Positions 30,001 to 37,488 of a DNA stretch of 64,000 nucleotides are shown here, piece by piece. The first letter of the stretch is position 1, and every line of letters starts with the position of its first letter. A model generated the notes under the pieces. That model did no database searches, was not told the DNA's origin, and worked only from the letters and a program-made list of their open reading frames with translations. Position numbers and translations under genes: made by a program. Origin of the DNA: Eledone cirrhosa (taxonomy: Eukaryota); the NCBI GenBank assembly GCA_964016885.1, contig OZ024741.1, forward strand, positions 21,452,001-21,516,000, written 5' to 3'.

Positions 30001-33000
30001 TGTTAATAGTGATAATGGGGGTGGTGGTGTTAACAGTGATGATAATGGTGGTGGTGGTGTTAACAGTTATGATAATGGTGGTGGTGGTGTTAATAGTGAT
30101 GATAAAGGGGTGGAGGTGTTAACAGTGATGATAATGGTGGTGGTGGTGTTAATAGTGATAATGGTGGTGGTGGTGTTAATAGTGATGATAATGGTGGTGA
30201 TGGTGTTAATAGTGATGATAATGGGGGTGGAGGTGTTAACAGTGATGATAATGGTGGTGGTGGTGTTAACAGTGATGATAATGGTGGTGGTGGTGTTAAC
30301 AGTGATGATAATGGTGGTGGTAGTGTTAACATTGATGATATTGGTGGTGGTGGTGGTAACAGTGATGATAATGGTGGTGGTGGTGTTAATAGTGATAATA
30401 GGGGTGGTGGTGTTAACAGTGATGATAAAGGGGGTGGAGGTGTTAACAGTGATGATAATGGGGGTGGTGGTGTTAATAGTGATGATAATGGTGGTGGTGG
30501 TGTTAATAGTGATGATAGTGGTGGTGGTGGTGTTAATAGTGATGATAATGGGGGGGGGGGGGGTGTTAACAGTGATGATAAACGGGGTGGAGGTGTTAAC
30601 AGTGGTGGTAATGGTGGTGGTGGTGTTAATAGTGATGATAATGGTGGTGGTGGTGTTAATAGTGATGATAATGGTGGTGGTGGTGTTAATAGTGATAATG
30701 GTGGTGGTTGTGTTAATAGTGATGATAATGGGGGTGGTGGTGTTAACAGTGATGATAAAGGGGGTGGAGGTGTTAACAGTGATGATAATGGGGGTGGTGG
30801 TGTTAATAGTGATAATGGTGGTTGTGGTGTTAATAGTGATAATGGTGGTGGTGGTGTTAATAGTGATGATAAAGGGGGTGGAGGTGTTAACAGTGATGAT
30901 AATGGTGGTGGTGGTGTTAATAGTGATGATAATGGTGGTGGTGGTGTTAATAGTGATGATAATGGTGGTGGTGGTGTTAATAGTGATGATAATGGGGGGG
31001 GGGGGTTAACAGTGATGATAAAGGGGGTGGAGGTGTTAACAGTGGTGGTAATGGTGGTGGTGGTGTTAATAGTGATGGTGGTGGTGGTGTTAATAGTGAT
31101 GATAATGGTGGTGGTGGTGTTAATAGTGATAATGGTGGTGGTTGTGTTAATAGTGATGATAATGGGGGTGGTGGTGTTAACAGTGATGATAAAGGGGGTG
31201 GAGGTGTTAACACTGATGATAATGGGGGTGGTGGTGTTAATAGTGATAATGGTGGTTGTGGTGTTAATAGTGATAATGGTGGTGGTGGTGTTAATAGTGA
31301 TGATAAAGGGGGTGGAGGTGTTAACAGTGATGATAATGGTGGTGGTGGTGTTAATAGTGATGATAATGGTGGTGGTGGTGTTAATAGTGATGATAATGGT
31401 GGTGGTGGTGTTAATAATGATGATAATGGTGGTGGTGGTGTTAATAGTGATAATGGGGGTGGTGGTGTTAACAGTGATGATGATGGTGGTGGTGGTGTTA
31501 ATAGTGATAATGGGGGTGGTGGTGTTAACAGTGATGATAATGGTGGTGGTGGTGTTAACAGTTATGATAATGGTGGTGGTGGTGTTAATAGTGATGATAA
31601 AGGGGGTGGAGGTGTTAACAGTGATGATAATGGGGGCGGTGGTGTTAATAATGATGATAATGGTGGTGGTGGTGTTAATAGTGATAATGGGGGTGGTGGT
31701 GTTAACAGTGATGATAAAGGGGGTGGAGGTGTTAACAGTGATGATAATGGTGGTGGTGGTGTTAATAGTGATAATGGGGGTGGTGGTGTTAATAGTGATG
31801 ATAATGGTGGTGGTGGTGTTAACAGTTATGATAATGGTGGTGGTGGTGTTAATAGTGATGATAAAGGGGGTGGAGGTGTTAACAGTGATGATAATGGGGG
31901 TGGTGGTGTTAATATTGATGATAATGGTGGTGGTGGTGTTAACAGTGATAATGGTGGTGGTGGTGTTAATATTGATGATAATGGTGGTGGTGGTGTTAAC
32001 AGTGATGATAATGGTGGTGGAGGTGTTAATAGTGATGATAATGGTGGTGGTGGTGTTAATAGTGATAATGGTGGTGGTGGTGTTAATATTGATGATAATG
32101 GTGGTGGTGGTGTTAACAGTGATGATAATGGTGGTGGAGGTGTTAATAGTGATGATAATGGTGGTGGTGGTGTTAACAGTGATGATAATGGGGGTGGTGG
32201 TGTTAATAGTGATGATAATGGTGGTGGTGGTGTTAATAGTGATGATAATGGTGGTGGTGGTGTTAACAGTGATGATAATGGTGGTGGTGGTGTTAACAGT
32301 GATGATAATGGTGGTGGTGGTGTTAACAGTGATGATAATGGTGGTGGTGGTGTTAACAGTGATGATAATGGTGGTGGTGGTGTTAACAGTGATGATAATG
32401 GTGGTGGAGGTGTTAATAGTGATGATAATGGTGGTGGTGGTGTTAACAGTGATGATAATGGTGGTGGAGGTGTTAATAGTGATGATAATGGTGGTGGTGG
32501 TGTTAATAGTGATGATAATGGGGGTGGTGGTGATAATAGTGATGATAATGGTGGTGGTGGTGTTAACAGTGATGATAATGGGGGTGGTGGTGTTAATAGT
32601 GATAATGGTGGTTGTGGTGTTAATAGTGATAATGGTGGTGGTGGTGTTAATAGTGATGATAAAGGGGGTGGAGGTGTTAACAGTGATGATAATGGTGGTG
32701 GTGGTGTTAATAGTGATGATAATGGTGGTGGTGGTGTTAATAGTGATGATAATGGTGGTGGTGGTGTTAATAGTGATGATAATGGGGGGGGGGGGGGGGG
32801 TGTTAACAGTGATGATAAAGGGGGTGGAGGTGTTAACAGTGGTGGTAATGGTGGTGGTGGTGGTGGTGTTAATAGTGATGATAATGGTGGTGGTGGTGTT
32901 AATAGTGATAATGGTGGTGGTTGTGTTAATAGTGATGATAATGGGGGTGGTGGTGTTAACAGTGATGATAAAGGGGGTGGAGGTGTTAACACTGATGATA

Positions 33001-35712
33001 ATGGGGGTGGTGGTGTTAATAGTGATAATGGTGGTTGTGGTGTTAATAGTGATAATGGTGGTGGTGGTGTTAATAGTGATGATAAAGGGGGTGGAGGTGT
33101 TAACAGTGATGATAATGGTGGTGGTGGTGTTAATAGTGATGATAATGGTGGTGGTGGTGTTAATAGTGATGATAATGGTGGTGGTGGTGTTAATAATGAT
33201 GATAATGGTGGTGGTGGTGTTAATAGTGATAATGGGGGTGGTGGTGTTAACAGTGATGATGATGGTGGTGGTGGTGTTAATAGTGATAATGGGGGTGGTG
33301 GTGTTAACAGTGATGATAATGGTGGTGGTGGTGTTAACAGTTATGATAATGGTGGTGGTGGTGTTAATAGTGATGATAAAGGGGGTGGAGGTGTTAACAG
33401 TGATGATAATGGGGGCGGTGGTGTTAATAATGATGATAATGGTGGTGGTGGTGTTAATAGTGATAATGGGGGTGGTGGTGTTAACAGTGATGATAAAGGG
33501 GGTGGAGGTGTTAACAGTGATGATAATGGTGGTGGTGGTGTTAATAGTGATAATGGGGGTGGTGGTGTTAATAGTGATGATAATGGTGGTGGTGGTGTTA
33601 ACAGTTATGATAATGGTGGTGGTGGTGTTAATAGTGATGATAAAGGGGGTGGAGGTGTTAACAGTGATGATAATGGGGGTGGTGGTGTTAATATTGATGA
33701 TAATGGTGGTGGTGGTGTTAACAGTGATAATGGTGGTGGTGGTGTTAATATTGATGATAATGGTGGTGGTGGTGTTAACAGTGATGATAATGGTGGTGGA
33801 GGTGTTAATAGTGATGATAATGGTGGTGGTGGTGTTAATAGTGATAATGGTGGTGGTGGTGTTAATATTGATGATAATGGTGGTGGTGGTGTTAACAGTG
33901 ATGATAATGGTGGTGGAGGTGTTAATAGTGATGATAATGGTGGTGGTGGTGTTAACAGTGATGATAATGGGGGTGGTGGTGTTAATAGTGATGATAATGG
34001 TGGTGGTGGTGTTAATAGTGATGATAATGGTGGTGGTGGTGTTAACAGTGATGATAATGGTGGTGGTGGTGTTAACAGTGATGATAATGGTGGTGGTGGT
34101 GTTAACAGTGATGATAATGGTGGTGGTGGTGTTAACAGTGATGATAATGGTGGTGGTGGTGTTAACAGTGATGATAATGGTGGTGGAGGTGTTAATAGTG
34201 ATGATAATGGTGGTGGTGGTGTTAACAGTGATGATAATGGTGGTGGAGGTGTTAATAGTGATGATAATGGTGGTGGTGGTGTTAATAGTGATGATAATGG
34301 GGGTGGTGGTGATAATAGTGATGATAATGGTGGTGGTGGTGTTAACAGTGATGATAATGGTGGTGGGGTTGTTAACAGTGATAATGGTGGTGGTGATGTT
34401 AATAGTGATGATAATGGTGGTGGTGGTGTGAAGTGATGATAATGGTGGTGGTGGTGTTAACAGTGATAATGGTGGTGGTGGTGTTAATAGTGATGATAAT
34501 GGTGGTGGTGGTGTTAACAGTGATGATGATGGTGGTGGTGTGAAGTGATGATAAAGGTGGTGGTGGTGTTAACAGTGATAATGGTGGTGTTGATGTTAAC
34601 AGTGATGATAATGGTGGTGTTAATAGTGATGATAATGGTGGTGGTGGTGTTAATAGTGATGATAATGGTGGAGGTGTTAATAGTGATGATAATGGGGGGG
34701 GGGGTGTTAATAGTGATGATAATGGTGGAGGTGGTGGTGTTAACAGTGATGATAATGGTGGTGGTGGTGTTAATAGTGATGATAATGGTGGTGGTGGTGG
34801 TGTTAACAGTGATGATAATGGTGGTGGTGGTGTTAATAGTGATGATAATGGTGGTGGTGGTGTTAACAGTGATGATAATGGTGGTGGTGGTGTTAATAGT
34901 GATGATAATGGTGGTGGTGGTGTTAATAGTGATGATAATGGTGGTGGTGGTGTTAATAGTGATGATAATGGTGGTGGTGGTGTTAATAGTGATGATAATG
35001 GTGGAGGTGTTAATAGTGATGATAATGGGGGTGGTGGTGTTAATAGTGATGATAATGGTGGAGGTGTTAACAGTGATGATAATGGTGGTGGTGGTGTTAA
35101 CAGTGATGATAATGGTGGTGGTGGTGGTGTTAACAGTGATGATAATGGTGGTGGTGGTGTTAATAGTGATGATAATGGTGGTGGTGGTGGTGTTAATAGT
35201 GATGATAATGGTGGTGGTGGTGTTAATAGTGATGATAATGGTGGTGGAGGTGTTAATAGTGATGATAATGGTGGTGGTGGTGTTAACAGTGATGATAATG
35301 GTGGTGGTGGTGTTAATAGTGATGATAATGGTGGAGGTGTTAATAGTGATGATAAGGGATGTTGGTGGTGTTAACAGTGATGATAATGGTGGTGGTGGTG
35401 TTAATAGTGATGATAATGGTGGTGTTAATAATGATGATAATGGTGGTGGTGTTAATAGTGATGATAATGGTGGTGGTGGTGGTGGTGTTAATAGTGATGA
35501 TAATGGTGGTGGTGGTGTTAACAGTGATAATGGTGGTGGTGGTGTTAACAGTGATAATAATGATGGTGGTGGTGGTGGTGGTGTTAACAGTGATAATGGT
35601 GGTGGTGTTAACAGTGATAATGGTGTTGGTGGTGTTAACAGTGATAATGGTGGTGGTGGTGGTGGTGTTAACAGTGATAATGGTGGTGGTGGTGGTGGCG
35701 TTAACAGTTATA
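1..35712 (+). repeat. Satellite array A: 30-bp unit (GGT)4-GTTAAY-AGT-(GAT)2-AAT, with 27/33-bp variants; roughly 1,200 units; runs off the left edge
   Basis: Directly visible as uninterrupted head-to-tail repetition. Recurrent variants include AAAGGGGGTGGAGGT, GGGGGCGGT, AGTTATGAT and GTAAAT. The last unit (GGCGTTAACAGTTATAAT) fades into unique sequence at about 35712. Unit count is estimated as length divided by about 29. Confidence 0.99.
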
Positions 35713-35740
35713 ATTTCCAATGTAATATTTTCTATTCCAG
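1..35740 (+). other. 3' part of a giant intron (at least 35.7 kb) of the NOC3L-like gene, almost wholly array A, ending in acceptor TTTTCTATTCCAG
   Basis: A pyrimidine tract and CAG at about 35728-35740 precede an internal coding exon. No unique sequence or earlier exon was seen upstream in the window. Intron status depends on the NOC3L call and on a correct assembly. Confidence 0.8.
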
Positions 35741-35821
35741 AGAGAGAAACAAATGGAACGTCTTCAGAGTGAACTTCTTGAAACTAAAGCTTCCGAGGAT
35801 AAGAAAAAGAAACTAGAATAT
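35741..35821 (+). CDS. NOC3L: Internal coding exon (81 bp, phase 0-0) of nucleolar complex protein 3 homolog: REKQMERLQSELLETKASEDKKKKLEY
   Basis: Acceptor ttttctattccag| and donor |gtaaga enclose 27 open codons. The charged, helical peptide resembles the recalled vertebrate NOC3L segment [26 protein letters not shown] and splices in frame to the next exon. It is absent from the ORF track in this frame. Confidence 0.85.
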
Positions 35822-36188
35822 GTAAGATTTTATTGGTGTATATAGCCTCTGTTGGTGTATATAGCCTGTGTCGGGTGTATATAGCCTGTGTTGGTGTATA
35901 TAGCCTGTGTTGGGTGTATATAGCCTGTGTTGGGTGTATATAGCCTGTGTTGGGTGTATATAACCTTTGTTAGGTGTATATAGCCTGTGTTGGTGTATAT
36001 AGCCTGTGTTGGTGTATATAGCCTGTGTTTGGTGTATATAACCTTTATTAGGTGTATAAAGCCTGTGTGGGTGTATATAGCCTGTGTTGGGTGTATATAG
36101 ACTGTGTTAGGTGTATATAGCCTGTGTTGGGTGTATATAACCTTTGTTGGTTGTATATACTCTCTGATGGGTGTATATAGCCTGTGTT

Positions 36189-36215
36189 AATAATAATAAT
36201 AATAATAATAATAAT
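36189..36215 (+). repeat. (AAT)9 microsatellite, the 3' tail of the antisense LINE fragment
   Basis: Perfect AAT run adjoining the left copy of the target-site duplication. Confidence 0.95.
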
Positions 36216-36439
36216 GAAATATTGTGTATAGTGCTCAGGTGCACTACAACTCATCAAAAAGTGTATGTATAGTACATAGGGTAATGTACAAACGTCAGGA
36301 AAATGAACAGTGCATGAGTGATGATACATGATATACACATGTGTGCATGTGTATGGAAGGGGTACATCAGGTGTAGCTTTGGCGAATTTCGGAAAGCATG
36401 AGGGTTTTAAAGGATGCTTTAACAACTGATGCAGGCAGT
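36190..36439 (-). mobile_element. 5'-truncated non-LTR retrotransposon 3' end (CR1/L2-like) with (ATT)n tail and 14-bp target-site duplication
   Basis: Minus-strand 36438-36367 translates to LPASVVKASFKTLMLSEIRQSYT*, resembling the CR1-group ORF2 C-terminal motif WNxLPxxVVxAxSxxxFKxxL. About 150 bp of 3' UTR and an (ATT)9 tail follow. TATAGCCTGTGTTA is duplicated at 36176-36189 and 36440-36453. Clade assignment is from motif recall. Confidence 0.8.
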
Positions 36440-36618
36440 TATAGCCTGTGTTAGGTGTATATAACCTTTGTTGGTTGTATATACTCTCTGATGGGTGTAT
36501 ATAGCCTGTGTTGGGTGTATATAACCTCTGTTGGGTGTATATACCCTCTGTTGTATATAGCATCTATTGTATAATATGCCTCTTGTATATTCTGTCTATT
36601 TGTTATTCTATCTTACAG

Positions 36619-36719
36619 AACACCAAAATAATCCAGCATGTTTTTGCAACTTATGTACGTGTCTTGAAGAAATATCCAGACTCTGATCTTGTAACAGTTG
36701 TTCTTGAAGGATTAACCAA
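36619..36719 (+). CDS. NOC3L: Internal coding exon (101 bp, phase 0-2) of nucleolar complex protein 3 homolog: NTKIIQHVFATYVRVLKKYPDSDLVTVVLEGLT(K)
   Basis: Acceptor ttctatcttacag| and donor AA|gtgaga. The peptide aligns without gaps to the recalled NOC3L segment [34 protein letters not shown] (shared VFxTYxRxLKK...VLEGLxK). It equals the 3' half of listed ORF 36508..36723. Confidence 0.9.
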
Positions 36720-36795
36720 GTGAGATTATAGTTTGATTTCTATATTGGTTCTTTGATTAAACTGTTATTAAAACTAACATGTATTTATGTAACAG

Positions 36796-36852
36796 TCATT
36801 ATCAACTTTATCATTTAACGTTTGTTTTCTGTGATAGCAAGGGTTGGTCAAG
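36796..36852 (-). mobile_element. Degenerate retroposon (LINE/SINE) 3' terminus with decayed (GAT)n tail
   Basis: CATTTAACGTTTGTTTTCTGTGATAGCAAGGGTTGGTCAAG (36812-36852) resembles CATTTATGTTTGTTTTTCCCTGCTTGCACGAGTTTGACAGG (37103-37143). Both follow CAT-rich low-complexity sequence. Confidence 0.4.
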
Positions 36853-36927
36853 TCGTCACAGACCAAGTCAGTACTCATGTGGAGTTACAGACCTCTCAGA
36901 TGGCCTCTGTCTGCAGTAATAATTTAA

Positions 36928-36947
36928 ATCATCATCATCATCATCAT
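36928..36947 (+). repeat. (ATC)6-7 microsatellite
   Basis: ATCATCATCATCATCATCAT is directly visible. Confidence 0.9.
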
Positions 36948-37080
36948 TATCAACTATGGCACCATTGTTGTTATTTAAAATCTCCATTACCATAATTATC
37001 TTCTAGTCAAATGTTTGATAATACATAATTAACATACCAGCTAAGATAACATCATACTGAAGTTTTTAAAAAATACAACA

Positions 37081-37488
37081 ATCATTCACATTATCATCTT
37101 CACATTTATGTTTGTTTTTCCCTGCTTGCACGAGTTTGACAGGTCCTTTTCAGCACAGCATCTAGCCACTGTTTTCTGCTCTGCCTTTAAAATCGTGTGT
37201 TAATTGGTAACATGTACCATCCTTTCTCTGAGGGTTTTGTGTGTCCATACAGTCATTAGAAGCTAGAGACACCCTCATTCTCTTGATCTAATGAAACACT
37301 CAGGATGTGGCAGCTGGAAGGAGGACAGAGGGTTCCAGCAGCACTGGAAGGGTACTTTGTTTTTATAAATCTCTCCACTTGTCACGGTCCTTTGTCATCT
37401 CCTCCGTAAGCTTCGGCAATCTGAGGTCTGCTCTCACCACCTCCGCCCATGTTTTTCGTGGTCTTATACTTGTGAGTTCCATTCCTGG
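37081..37488 (-). mobile_element. 5'-truncated RTE-like LINE 3' fragment (ORF C-terminus plus probable 3' UTR)
   Basis: Minus-strand 37464-37363 translates to RPRKTWAEVVRADLRLPKLTEEMTKDRDKWRDL*, matching the characteristic RTE-clade C-terminal pattern GRPxxTWxxxVxxDL...DRxxWR. The left boundary at the decayed CAT-rich tail near 37081 is approximate. Confidence 0.78.

Larger units (their letters stand above)
35833..36560 (+). repeat. Minisatellite B: 19-20-bp unit (G)GGTGTATATAGCCTGTGTT, roughly 23 units, split by an insertion at 36190-36439
   Basis: Tandem copies are visible at 35833-36189 and 36440-36560. A distinctive three-unit block (...AACCTTTGTTGGTTGTATATACTCTCTGATGGG...) occurs on both sides of the insertion. 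Confidence 0.97.
35822..36618 (+). other. 797-bp GT-AG intron between the two NOC3L exons, filled by a minisatellite and a LINE fragment
   Basis: GTAAGA at 35822 and TTCTATCTTACAG ending at 36618. Removing it gives a continuous reading frame. Confidence 0.87.

Noticed and set aside
1-35712. Telomeric repeat tract (G/T-rich strand)
   Set aside because: There are no TTAGGG/TTAGG-type short repeats. The unit is 30 bp and the G-rich strand runs toward internal unique sequence.
1-35712. Recursive splice sites (AG|GT) within array A, e.g. GGAGGTGTT
   Set aside because: AGGT occurs only in purine-rich context with no upstream pyrimidine tract and a poor donor consensus. It is unsupported without RNA data.
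1-35772. Long Val/Ile/Met-rich (+), Pro/Leu/Ser-rich extensin-like (-) and Thr/Ile-rich mucin-like (-) ORFs
   Set aside because: These are alternative readings of the same triplet-structured repeat. Several frames are open at once, and they switch frame at G-runs and lack unique domains.
36048-36563. 171-aa minus-strand ORF
   Set aside because: It is a chance read-through of minisatellite B, the LINE 3' UTR and the (ATT)n tail, antisense within an intron.
36508-36618. N-terminal part of ORF 36508..36723
   Set aside because: It lies in minisatellite and pyrimidine-tract sequence upstream of the acceptor. Only 36619-36719 is exon.
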